Origin: a virus
IMG/VR virus record: IMGVR_UViG_3300045988_105477
Reading direction: 5' to 3' (one strand)
DNA length: 39,638 nt
The notes beneath the pieces were generated by a model that saw only the letters and a program-made list of their open reading frames with translations, did not search any database and was not told the origin of the DNA. Positions 6,252 to 13,940 of the stretch are shown here, piece by piece. Within the stretch, counting starts at the first letter, position 1. Each line of letters opens with the position of its first letter. Both the position numbers and the translations under genes were made by a program.

Positions 6252-6823
6252 CATTTGACGAGGCCACCCACACCTACACCCTTGACGGCATCCAGCTTCC
6301 CAGCGTGACCGAGATCACCCGCTTCTGCGCCTATGACTACAAGTCAGACCGGCCATGGCTGGCGGAGGCTGCCGCCCGCCGTGGAACCGCCGTCCACGAA
6401 GCCTGCGCCCTCATTGACTACGGCGAGGAGCCGGAGGAAACCCCGGAGATCGCCGGATACCTGAAAGCCTACCGCCGTTTCCTTGCAGACTATAAGCCGG
6501 AATGGGAACTCATCGAACACCCCATGGGGAGCCTTGACGTAGGCTTTGCCGGAACACTGGATCGTTTCGGCACCATCCGCGAAAGTCCATTGATTTTAGA
6601 CCTAAAGACCGGACAGCTCCATGACGCCGCCCTCTCCGCTCAGATGACCGGCTATTACCAGCTGCTCCAGCATGAACGCGGCGGCGTCCTGTTTGCCGAA
6701 CTCTACGCCCTGAAACTCTCCCACGATGGGACATATCGGCTTGCCATGGTCACGCCGCGTCCCGGCCTCTTAGGGGCCTGTATCACCCTCCACCACGCCA
6801 CAGAAAGGAAGAAACTCACATGA
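6245..6823 (+). CDS. PD-(D/E)XK (RecB/Cas4-like) phage exonuclease
   Basis: HTYTLDGIQLPSVTEI N-terminus, GTLDRFG, ILDLKTG (D..(D/E)xK) and QMTGYYQLL motifs. Lies upstream of the annealase and SSB. Confidence 0.75.
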   Translation: MLTFDEATHTYTLDGIQLPSVTEITRFCAYDYKSDRPWLAEAAARRGTAVHEACALIDYGEEPEETPEIAGYLKAYRRFLADYKPEWELIEHPMGSLDVGFAGTLDRFGTIRESPLILDLKTGQLHDAALSAQMTGYYQLLQHERGGVLFAELYALKLSHDGTYRLAMVTPRPGLLGACITLHHATERKKLT

Positions 6824-7539
6824 ATGAACTCGCCCTGTACCAATACAACGCCGCCGCCCTGACGGTGGACCCCGTCCCCCGCTCCGGGAATTACACCATC
6901 TGCGCCCCAGACGGAGCGCCCGCCGTCCTGAAACGCGGCATCGACTTCGGCATGATCCGAAAGAAGAACGGCGACGCCATGACGAAAAACCCCACCCTCT
7001 TCAAGTCTGGCGCGGAGAAGGTGGCCGTGGCTTACGGCCTCTGCCAGCGCTACACGCTGGAAAGCAAGCTGGAGGACATCGAGCACGGCTTTTTCTACTT
7101 CCTCGTCCGCTGCGACCTCATCAAGATCTATGACGGCAAGGAATACGTCATTACCTCCGCCTACGGCTCCGGCAACACCCGGGAGGGCCGCACCGGCTCC
7201 CAGTCCCCCTATGACGGCGCCAACAGTGCCGTGAAGATGGCCCAGAAGCGCGCCCTTGTTTCCGCTGCCCTGTCCCTCGGCTGCGTCTCAGATATGTTCA
7301 CCCAGGACATTGAGAGCGACACCGAGGACGGGGAGGTTTATTTCAAGAGCAAGGACCCGGAGGCCCCCATCACCGCCGCGCAGGTCAAATTCTTCTATTC
7401 TGCTTGTTCCCGCCACGGCCTGACGAAGCAGGAGGCGAGAACCCTCTTGAAATCCCACGGCTATGACAGCGCCAGCAAGGTACTCGGCAAGGACTTTGAC
7501 ACCCTACTGGATGCTCTGGAGCCGAAGGAGAACGCCTGA
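6820..7539 (+). CDS. Single-strand annealing recombinase (ERF-like)
   Basis: GANSAVKMAQKRALVSAALSLGCVSDMFTQD resembles the ERF core GAxSxxxK/RxxLxxxxGxxxD. Sandwiched between the exonuclease and SSB genes. Confidence 0.55.
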   Translation: MNELALYQYNAAALTVDPVPRSGNYTICAPDGAPAVLKRGIDFGMIRKKNGDAMTKNPTLFKSGAEKVAVAYGLCQRYTLESKLEDIEHGFFYFLVRCDLIKIYDGKEYVITSAYGSGNTREGRTGSQSPYDGANSAVKMAQKRALVSAALSLGCVSDMFTQDIESDTEDGEVYFKSKDPEAPITAAQVKFFYSACSRHGLTKQEARTLLKSHGYDSASKVLGKDFDTLLDALEPKENA

Positions 7540-7958
7540 TGTTCATTAACGGACTGCCTACCTACAGCAAGGAAGGCAAGAAGCTGCAAACCGGCCTGAT
7601 CGTGGGCCGCGCCGCCAAGGACGGCCAGATCTACGCCACCCAGAGCGGAAAGGAGGTCGGCTCCGTCTCCGTACCGGCCTACGACAAGCAGGACGGCACC
7701 ACCGCATGGCTCACCGTCAAGGGCTGGGGCCATTGGGCACGGCTCCTTGCCAATGTCCGCAAGGGCGATTCCGTATTCGCCGTGGGCCGCGTGGAGAACC
7801 ATGACTATGAGGGCAAGACCTATAACGATTTGGTGGCAGATTACGTCTGCGTCTCTGCCAGCACCGCTGGACAGGCCCCCGCCCAGAGTGCCTATGCTGC
7901 CCCCGCCCCCACTGATAATTTCGCCGAAATTGAGGATGACGGGGAGCTTCCCTTTTAA
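7539..7958 (+). CDS. ssb: Single-stranded DNA-binding protein
   Basis: 139 aa. OB-fold-like core (WLTVKGWG...VFAVGRVENHDYEGK) and the typical acidic tail EIEDDGELPF. Confidence 0.85.
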   Translation: MFINGLPTYSKEGKKLQTGLIVGRAAKDGQIYATQSGKEVGSVSVPAYDKQDGTTAWLTVKGWGHWARLLANVRKGDSVFAVGRVENHDYEGKTYNDLVADYVCVSASTAGQAPAQSAYAAPAPTDNFAEIEDDGELPF

Positions 7959-8057
7959 CAGCTTTGCCGTGTGTGTCTAAAGAGTGATGACGGGCGGATG
8001 CAAGCAAGCCGCAGCACGATCACCGACATCCCAGGCAAAAGAAAAAGCCCCCCTACA

Positions 8058-8096
8058 CCCCCCTAAAAAGAAAATATATATTTCTCTTAGGGGGGG
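8058..8096. repeat. GC-clamped AT-rich hairpin element, copy A (related copy at 37493-37540)
   Basis: CCCCCCTAA-AAAGAAAATATATATTTCTC-TTAGGGGGGG. Shares acacccccc / aagaaa / tatatattt / tctc / G-run order with the element at 37493-37540. Confidence 0.75.
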
Positions 8097-8133
8097 AGAT
8101 AGATGTACAACAGAAGTACTACAGAGGTTCTAC

Positions 8134-8538
8134 ATGAGAAGAGAAGATATCCAGAAGCTGTTTAACCTGATAGAAACCCTCTATCCCAGTGCAAAGAAAA
8201 ATCCCAGGATCCCCGCAGTACTGGAAGCCTGGGCGCTTGTATTGGAGCCGTGGAGCTATGAGGACGCAAAGCAAGCAGTCATTATTCGTGCCAGGGAAAA
8301 CCGCTTCCCGCCGGACGCCTCCGAGCTTGTCCCCTATCTACCGAAACCGGAACAGCCTTCGGAGAATGCCCAAGGACCGGCGGAGCCAACCCCCGCCCAA
8401 CTGGAAAAGTTCTATACAAAATACAAAACCCTGCATGAGCGGTGGAAAGCCGCAGGCATCCCCACCCCCTCCGAAGCAAAGAAGCAAGGCATGACCTATG
8501 CGGGCTGGGAATCGATAGCGAAAGGAACTGATATGTAA
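8134..8538 (+). CDS. G39P-like helicase loader (SPP1 G39P family)
   Basis: IQKLFNLIETLYPSAKKNPRIPAVLEAWALVLEPWSYEDAKQAVIIRARENRFPPDASELV matches the remembered G39P N-domain pattern (YP.f...W...L....e.a..A......FPPs.aE). Confidence 0.65.
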   Translation: MRREDIQKLFNLIETLYPSAKKNPRIPAVLEAWALVLEPWSYEDAKQAVIIRARENRFPPDASELVPYLPKPEQPSENAQGPAEPTPAQLEKFYTKYKTLHERWKAAGIPTPSEAKKQGMTYAGWESIAKGTDM

Positions 8539-8786
8539 TGGCTGCGGATATAAAGCTGTCGGATTGCCTCATTGTCCCCCACAGCCAGCCCTGTTGGGAT
8601 TGCGCCAACGCCTGCGGCGGGTGCGAGTGGTCGAAAAGCTTCCAGCCGGTGCCGGGGTGGGATGCAGAGCCGGTGCGGAAGATGGTGAAAAACGGGAAAC
8701 GGGAGTGGCGGCCCATGGAATCCTACGCCATCCGCAGCTGCCCGGAGTTCGTGAAGGAGGAGCGCCATGGTGAGACTGGTGATTGA
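8538..8786 (+). CDS. Cys-rich hypothetical protein
   Basis: 82 aa. CWDCANACGGCEWS cluster. Translationally coupled to the upstream gene. Confidence 0.55.
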   Translation: MAADIKLSDCLIVPHSQPCWDCANACGGCEWSKSFQPVPGWDAEPVRKMVKNGKREWRPMESYAIRSCPEFVKEERHGETGD

Positions 8787-8904
8787 CATTAACGAGGGCG
8801 GCGACCTGCTGGCCTGCAAGGAGACGGTGGCTATGCTGCTGGAACCTCTGGGTCGGGTGCGGGTGGTCAGCGTTATCGTTGACGGAAAGGAAGAAAAACG
8901 ATGA
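8767..8904 (+). CDS. Small hypothetical protein (45 aa)
   Basis: GAAGGAGGAGCGCC, then ATG at 8767. Its stop codon overlaps the ATG at 8901. Confidence 0.4.
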   Translation: MVRLVIDINEGGDLLACKETVAMLLEPLGRVRVVSVIVDGKEEKR

Positions 8905-9419
8905 AGATTGATAAACTGTTTAACGGATTGAAGCAAATTGCCAATGGCGACTATGTGCTGGAAGGGGATTTGATTTCCGAAGAAACCATTGAAATTGATC
9001 TGGATGATCGTCTTGTGATTAAAGGGGTAATTAAATCTGGGAGAAACATTGTTGCCCGCTGTGGCATCGAGGCTGGCTGGGGCATCAAGGCTGGCTGTGG
9101 CATCGAGGCTGGCTGTGGCATCGAGGCTGGCTGTGGCATCGAGGCTGGCGGTGGCATCAAGGCTGGCTGTGGCATCGAGGCTGGCTGGGGCATCAAGGCT
9201 GGCTGTGGCATCGAGGCTGGCTGGGGCATCGAGGCTGGCGATGGCATCGAGGCCAAGACATTTATCAATGCCAGCAAGCGTATTTTTGCAGGAATTTCGC
9301 TTTATCGGACAAGCAAGGACTGCAATAAAATCATCCGTTGTGCGGAGCTGCGAAGCGGCGAAATCTGCTATGGAGATTTGACCATTACAGAGAACGGGGG
9401 AAGCCCGGATGAAAGTTGA
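8901..9419 (+). CDS. Hexapeptide-repeat (GIEAG[C/W]) protein, predicted beta-helix-like
   Basis: 172 aa. Eleven consecutive 6-residue repeats (GIEAGW GIKAGC GIEAGC ...) flanked by non-repetitive N- and C-terminal domains. Confidence 0.7.
   Translation: MKIDKLFNGLKQIANGDYVLEGDLISEETIEIDLDDRLVIKGVIKSGRNIVARCGIEAGWGIKAGCGIEAGCGIEAGCGIEAGGGIKAGCGIEAGWGIKAGCGIEAGWGIEAGDGIEAKTFINASKRIFAGISLYRTSKDCNKIIRCAELRSGEICYGDLTITENGGSPDES
9063..9260 (+). repeat. 18-bp tandem repeat x11 (ggcatcgaggctggctgt and variants)
   Basis: Near-identical 18-mers read directly from the sequence. The array is open in three frames, which generates the artefactual ORFs 9049..9381 and 8951..9277. Confidence 0.95.
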
Positions 9420-9939
9420 ATCTACCGTCCCCGTTCTTTACCCGATGGGGGTTTATACGTTTGCCTTTGCATGCGCCCATTGCAAAAACAGAAATTCAGA
9501 CAAATGCCACCTGTGCAAGCGTGAGGAAAAAAGCGGTTTTGAGCCGAAGCGCGAGCCATCTGTGATCGCGTTTGAGATCCCATATCCGGCAACAAAGCGC
9601 GGTAAAGCGGCGTGGAACAAGCGGTTTGGCCTGAACGCGTATTACGCTGGGAAGCATTGGGCGCAGCGGAAGAAGGACGCGGAAGAGCTGCACACCTTGG
9701 CCCACTGGGCAATGCGAAAAGCAGGAATTACAAAACGTCTGGTAAATCACCCCGTCAAGGTGACGTTTTTCTGGAATGACAATCTGGACGTTGACAATCA
9801 TGGTGCGCTGGGCAAGGCCTTTGTGGACGCAATGAAGGGCTACATACTGCCGGATGACAACCCTGAGTGGTTTCACGCCGTTGAACACAAATTTTGGAGC
9901 GGAGATACGATCCGCGTGGAAATTGAGGAGGCAGAATGA
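9409..9939 (+). CDS. rusA: RusA-family Holliday junction resolvase with N-terminal CxxC zinc-finger extension
   Basis: DVDNHGALGKAFVDAMKGYILPDDNPEW matches the RusA D.DN..K...DA......DD core. N-terminus has CAHC...CHLC. Confidence 0.7.
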   Translation: MKVESTVPVLYPMGVYTFAFACAHCKNRNSDKCHLCKREEKSGFEPKREPSVIAFEIPYPATKRGKAAWNKRFGLNAYYAGKHWAQRKKDAEELHTLAHWAMRKAGITKRLVNHPVKVTFFWNDNLDVDNHGALGKAFVDAMKGYILPDDNPEWFHAVEHKFWSGDTIRVEIEEAE

Positions 9940-10049
9940 TGGATGCTGAAGAGTTCCCCATTGCTGTTACCAAACGGCGGTTCGGCACAGTGGAGGAACC
10001 GGGAGACATGGGGCGGTTTTTGTTCCCATGCGGAAAGGATGAATTATGA
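9936..10049 (+). CDS. Small hypothetical protein (37 aa)
   Basis: ATGA overlaps at both ends (9936 and 10046) suggest translational coupling. Confidence 0.35.
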   Translation: MMDAEEFPIAVTKRRFGTVEEPGDMGRFLFPCGKDEL

Positions 10050-10555
10050 GAGATACAAACCTCGTAAATGCGCTGCGTGAGCACGCAGAATGGGCGCGGG
10101 CAAATGAGTGGGAAACTCCCATTACCCTGTGCGACGATCTGACCGAAGCCGCTGACCGGCTGGAGAATCAAAACGCACACATCGCGGCGCTCCAGCAGGA
10201 AATTGAGACGCTGCGGGGGCAGCTGCCCCGGTGGATCCCGGTGGAGGAGCGGCTGCCGGAGAACGCGGAAGCCGTGCTTGTAAGGGGCTATGCAGTTAAC
10301 AGCCCCAAGTACAAGGCTACGTTTAAGGGCCGCTGGATAGCTGCTCACAGTATGCTTGCTGATGATTTTGGGGCAGACAGCGATATGGACCTGGAGTATG
10401 ACGAGGCCGAGGATGAGTATTACATCCCGGAAGGTTGGTTTGAACGCATTGAGAACTGGGATGACTATACCGACATTGCTGTGTGTGATTTTACAATCAC
10501 CCACTGGATGCCGCTGCCGGAAGGGCCGGAGGTAGAAAATGCTGAAACCAAGTGA
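10046..10555 (+). CDS. DUF551-like phage protein
   Basis: WIPVEERLPENAEAVLV ... ITHWMPLPEGP is the characteristic DUF551 pattern. Confidence 0.65.
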   Translation: MRDTNLVNALREHAEWARANEWETPITLCDDLTEAADRLENQNAHIAALQQEIETLRGQLPRWIPVEERLPENAEAVLVRGYAVNSPKYKATFKGRWIAAHSMLADDFGADSDMDLEYDEAEDEYYIPEGWFERIENWDDYTDIAVCDFTITHWMPLPEGPEVENAETK

Positions 10556-10874
10556 CCTGACCAAAGCAGAACTGCTGCAAGTGGTGGAAATGCTGGCGGA
10601 GTTGGCCGGCGAATATTATCTGGACCGTTCGCTGGGACGCATCGAAATGCAGCGGAATGACGTTCACCGCGAAAGATGCCAAAAACTGATCGACGAAGAG
10701 AATAAACATTATGCGGCCTACTTTGCCCTCATGAAACCCTATGATAAGCACCCTCTGAAAGCCGTGCCGCTGGATATTGTCAAAAAAGCACAAAACGAAT
10801 TAGAACAAGCCCAGGCAGCTGGGGCAGAGTGGAACAGGCTGAATGGAATCAGGCTGAAAGGGGAGAAAATGTGA
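10539..10874 (+). CDS. Hypothetical protein
   Basis: 111-aa helical protein in operon context. Confidence 0.5.
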   Translation: MLKPSDLTKAELLQVVEMLAELAGEYYLDRSLGRIEMQRNDVHRERCQKLIDEENKHYAAYFALMKPYDKHPLKAVPLDIVKKAQNELEQAQAAGAEWNRLNGIRLKGEKM

Positions 10875-11296
10875 TGGAGAGATTGACTATCCCAGACGTG
10901 CGTGTGGACGAACACACAACCCGAAGAACAATGATTGATGTAAGGGCCGTAAAGAAGCACGCTATGGACTTTTACTGGCGGCTGAAAGCCTACGAGGACA
11001 CGGGGCTGGAACCTGCGATGTGCGCCAATTACAAGACGTTTGAGGATGAGGCTATTAGTAAGGGCGTGACATTTAAGCGCATTGTCGCACTGATGGAGGC
11101 CGACAGAGCCGGCCGGCTGGTGGTACTGCCGTGCAAGGTGGGCGATACGGTGTATATACTACGCCGAACATTTGATGGGGCTGATGTTGTAGGAGAGACA
11201 GAACTGTGGTGGGACGATATTCCGCAACTCGGTAAGACCGTATTCCTGACCCGCGAGGAGGCGGAGAAAGTATTGGAGGCGATGAAGGATGAATAA
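10874..11296 (+). CDS. Hypothetical protein
   Basis: ATG at 10874 after AAAGGGGAG. The ORF track starts it earlier, at 10829. Confidence 0.5.
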   Translation: MERLTIPDVRVDEHTTRRTMIDVRAVKKHAMDFYWRLKAYEDTGLEPAMCANYKTFEDEAISKGVTFKRIVALMEADRAGRLVVLPCKVGDTVYILRRTFDGADVVGETELWWDDIPQLGKTVFLTREEAEKVLEAMKDE

Positions 11297-11858
11297 GGCT
11301 GTTATGCTGAGTATCCGCCCGAAGTGGTGCGAAAAGATTGCCAACAGCGAAAAGACTATTGAAGTCAGAAAGACCAAGCCGAAGATGGAAACGCCGTTTA
11401 AGTGCTACATTTACTGCACAGTGGAAATGGCTGGGTATGATGCGCTCTGGGTTCCGGACGCTCCAACAAGAGAAAAATACTCGTTTATGGCGATGTCTGC
11501 TTACTTAGAGAACCCAAAAGGTGCAAATAAAGGAAACGGCAAGGTCATTGGCGAGTTCACCTGTGACCGGATTTATGAGTTGGAAACAAAAGCACACGGC
11601 GGCAGTTACTACGTCAAAGGTGAGGATCAGCCGACAACAAACGATGTTGCGCGGCAGTCGTGCCTTACCCTCAAAGATATGCACGAATACCTGAAATCGA
11701 AGGTCGGTTACGGCTGGCATATCTCCGACCTGCGCATCTACGACGCACCGCGCGAACTGAGCAAGTTTACCGGATTACGCAATACGAGATTCGGCGTAGC
11801 GCCATATGACATCAAGCGCCCGCCTCAGAGCTGGTGCTATGTGGAGGCGATGAAATAG
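11289..11858 (+). CDS. ASCH-domain-like protein
   Basis: N-terminus AVMLSIRPKWCEKIANSEKTIEVRKTKP resembles the ASCH beta-barrel start. Confidence 0.55.
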   Translation: MNKAVMLSIRPKWCEKIANSEKTIEVRKTKPKMETPFKCYIYCTVEMAGYDALWVPDAPTREKYSFMAMSAYLENPKGANKGNGKVIGEFTCDRIYELETKAHGGSYYVKGEDQPTTNDVARQSCLTLKDMHEYLKSKVGYGWHISDLRIYDAPRELSKFTGLRNTRFGVAPYDIKRPPQSWCYVEAMK

Positions 11859-12022
11859 TGGATTGCTTTAATTATTCATGCCCGTTTCGGGAAAATACGA
11901 CAAGCAGCCTCAATAGATGCGAGTGTGTAGCATGTCCCAATAGATGCCCAAAGGATATGACATACAGCACGAGCAATCACACGGTGCAAACAGAACAGAA
12001 CAGGAGGGCTGACAATGGCTGA
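11858..12022 (+). CDS. Degenerate Lar-like zinc-ribbon paralogue
   Basis: GTG at 11858 after GGAGG. SCPFREN...CECVACPNRC...NRRADNG shares the SCPF start and an identical NRRADNG C-terminus with 12233..12430. Confidence 0.45.
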   Translation: MDCFNYSCPFRENTTSSLNRCECVACPNRCPKDMTYSTSNHTVQTEQNRRADNG

Positions 12023-12236
12023 ATACAAAATTTGCTTTAGCGTGGCTGGGGCATTCGGCGCTCAAATCAGCTTTGAGGCAAAACCAGGCATATCCTATGA
12101 GGACGTTGCGGCGTCTATTAACAAGGAAAAGCTGGTTCGGTTGATGTGCCTCGACGTCTTGGGCTACTCCGCAAAGGACATTGAGGTTATCACTCCTGAA
12201 CAGTACGAAGCGGAATTTGGAGGCGATGAAGGATGA
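12015..12236 (+). CDS. Hypothetical protein
   Basis: 73 aa. Its start lies in the repeated junction AACAGGAGGGCTGACAATGGCTGAATACA. Confidence 0.5.
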   Translation: MAEYKICFSVAGAFGAQISFEAKPGISYEDVAASINKEKLVRLMCLDVLGYSAKDIEVITPEQYEAEFGGDEG

Positions 12237-12430
12237 CTGAATTGAAGTCCTGCCCGTTCTGCGGGGGAATAGAAATTGTCATTCGGTCAGTATCTGGTAT
12301 CTTCCCAAGGAGTTCGTACCAACGCACATACAAATATATTCAATGTCGGAGCTGCTTTGCAAGAACGGGAGATTACGCTACAAGACCGAGAGCAATCGAA
12401 GCGTGGAACAGGAGGGCTGACAATGGCTGA
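12233..12430 (+). CDS. Lar-family restriction alleviation-like protein
   Basis: LKSCPFCGG ... IQCRSCFARTG ... RAIEAWNRRA is the textbook Lar-family layout. Confidence 0.7.
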   Translation: MTELKSCPFCGGIEIVIRSVSGIFPRSSYQRTYKYIQCRSCFARTGDYATRPRAIEAWNRRADNG

Positions 12431-12671
12431 ATACATCAAGCGAGAAGCGGCGATTATGAAACTAATGCAGGACGGGTGCAACGCAAAAAACTTGCAATCC
12501 ATCTCGGATATCCCAGGTGCCGACGTCGCTCCGGTGGTGCATGGACATAGGGTTGACGACGGTGGATTCTACGCCAGATGCTCTCAATGCGACGGAGTAC
12601 TGCCTCTTTGTGTCAACTATTGCCCCAACTGCGGGGCCAAGATGGACGGAGGTGCTGACCATGACGCTTAG
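12423..12671 (+). CDS. Small Cys-rich protein (CPNCGAKMDGGA C-terminus), paralogue 1
   Basis: MAEYIKREAAI... APVVHGH ... CSQC ... YCPNCGAKMDGGADHDA. ATG at 12423 overlaps the upstream stop codon. Confidence 0.55.
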   Translation: MAEYIKREAAIMKLMQDGCNAKNLQSISDIPGADVAPVVHGHRVDDGGFYARCSQCDGVLPLCVNYCPNCGAKMDGGADHDA

Positions 12672-13017
12672 AGAAAAACTGATGCACTACACGCATGATC
12701 TCGGCTGCGGTGTCGACCTAAAGCAAGAAGCCATTGCAACCATCGAACATATCGCACAATACACGGGCGAAGATGAACTATTGCATCATAGTCGGCCCCT
12801 TGCTATCGCATATCTTGCTCTAACGGAAGATGCTTCTGTGCCGGTGGTGCATGGGCGGTGGATTTCGTGGGAAGAAGCAGGGAATTTTGTTCCGTCACCA
12901 GACAGGCACGAGTGCTCTGTTTGCCACGATGCGGCGCAAGTGCTTGTAAATGGGTTTGAATTGTTGTCGGATTACTGCCCCAACTGCGGGGCCAAGATGG
13001 ACGGAGGTGCAGAATGA
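12661..13017 (+). CDS. Small Cys-rich protein (CPNCGAKMDGGA C-terminus), paralogue 2
   Basis: VPVVHGRW ... CSVCHD ... YCPNCGAKMDGGAE. Shares a 35-nt identical 3' segment with the previous gene. Confidence 0.55.
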   Translation: MTLREKLMHYTHDLGCGVDLKQEAIATIEHIAQYTGEDELLHHSRPLAIAYLALTEDASVPVVHGRWISWEEAGNFVPSPDRHECSVCHDAAQVLVNGFELLSDYCPNCGAKMDGGAE

Positions 13018-13331
13018 AGATATACAAAAATCCGTGGGTGACACGAGAAAGCTACTTTGTGAAAACTGGAACTGCAAAGTCGGCAAAGATGGAGGCATCA
13101 AAATCCAGCGGCTATTCTATTGATTTTTGGGATGGCAAGTGGGTTGTTCGCAAAACGGCTTATTATAACAAGTCCTTATCTGAAATGCCTATTGTGTTCG
13201 AAAACAAATGCAGTTTGCAGGCGCGAATTGACAGGGCGATTGTGGACACGGTTCTTGAGTTTGTAGCGGTGGCCAAGATAGACGGAGGTGCTGACCATTA
13301 CGGCGAGAGAAAGGACGGAGGGGATGGCTGA
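13014..13331 (+). CDS. Hypothetical protein
   Basis: 105 aa. The C-terminus again carries the KIDGGADH segment shared at DNA level. Confidence 0.5.
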   Translation: MKIYKNPWVTRESYFVKTGTAKSAKMEASKSSGYSIDFWDGKWVVRKTAYYNKSLSEMPIVFENKCSLQARIDRAIVDTVLEFVAVAKIDGGADHYGERKDGGDG

Positions 13332-13367
13332 CCGCCAGCCGCCCCGCGCAACAAAAGGAGGTAAGCT

Positions 13368-13568
13368 ATGGAGGATCGGGACAAAAAACTGCTGAAAGCC
13401 TATGCGGAGAACGACATGAGCATGAAAAAGACCGGCGGCGCGGTTTACCTGCATTATAACTCCATCCGCTACCGCTTTCAGCTTATTCAGAGGGAAACCG
13501 GGCTGAACCCACGGAATTTTTACGATCTGGAAAAACTGTTAGCCATGATAGACAAGCAGAGAACCTGA
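13368..13568 (+). CDS. PucR/CdaR-type C-terminal HTH protein (stand-alone)
   Basis: LLKAYAENDMSMKKTGGAVYLHYNSIRYRFQLIQRETGLNP matches the PucR_C HTH pattern (L..y...n......L..H.N..rYR...I...tG). Confidence 0.65.
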   Translation: MEDRDKKLLKAYAENDMSMKKTGGAVYLHYNSIRYRFQLIQRETGLNPRNFYDLEKLLAMIDKQRT

Positions 13569-13621
13569 CCACCTGCATCGGTAGATCAAAGGGGAGGGGC
13601 ACTTCGTAAAGGAGGCCCAAT

Positions 13622-13840
13622 ATGAAATACCGATACACCGTCCAGCAGCTCCAGCAGATGGAGCGCTGCCGCTATCTCACAGACCGGGAGCGGCGGGTGT
13701 TCAATCTTGTTTGCCGCCGGGGCTGGGCGATTGAGGACGCGGCGGCAGAATTGTACCTGTCCCGTTCCGCTGTGACCGCCTGCCTTCGTTCCATCCGGAA
13801 TAAAGCTGGCATATCCCCTCCAAACAAAAAACGTCCTTAA
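13622..13840 (+). CDS. Sigma-70 region-4 / LuxR-like small HTH protein (putative late-gene activator)
   Basis: LTDRERRVFNLVCRRGWAIEDAAAELYLSRSAVTACLRSIRNK. Last gene of the early operon. Confidence 0.6.
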   Translation: MKYRYTVQQLQQMERCRYLTDRERRVFNLVCRRGWAIEDAAAELYLSRSAVTACLRSIRNKAGISPPNKKRP

Positions 13841-13846
13841 ACCATG

Positions 13847-13895
13847 ACAAGCGGTGTCCTGTGGTACGGTAACCATAGAGCACCGCTTGTTTTGC
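13847..13895 (+). terminator. Rho-independent terminator ending the early operon
   Basis: ACAAGCGGTG (13847-13856) / CACCGCTTGT (13881-13890) followed by TTTTG. Confidence 0.7.
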
Positions 13896-13897
13896 GC

Positions 13898-13922
13898 GCG
13901 GAAACAGGGGGTGTATTTTTAG
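13898..13922 (+). promoter_or_regulatory. Shared motif GCGGAAA-CAGGGGGTGT plus ATTTTTA (candidate late promoter), copy i
   Basis: gcggaaacagggggtgtattttta. Related copies lie on the minus strand at 37131-37113 and 37010-36997. Confidence 0.45.
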
Positions 13923-13940
13923 AGAAGGAGGAATCTCTCT

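Noticed and set aside
9063-9260. The tandem array as a CRISPR locus.
   Set aside because: The repeats are contiguous 18-mers with no spacers, and no cas genes or leader are present.
8951-9381. ORFs 9049..9381 (+) and 8951..9277 (-), translating to (ASRLAV)n and (PQPASM)n.
   Set aside because: These are alternative frames of the 18-bp tandem array. Only the frame of 8901..9419 has an RBS, translational coupling, and unique flanking domains.
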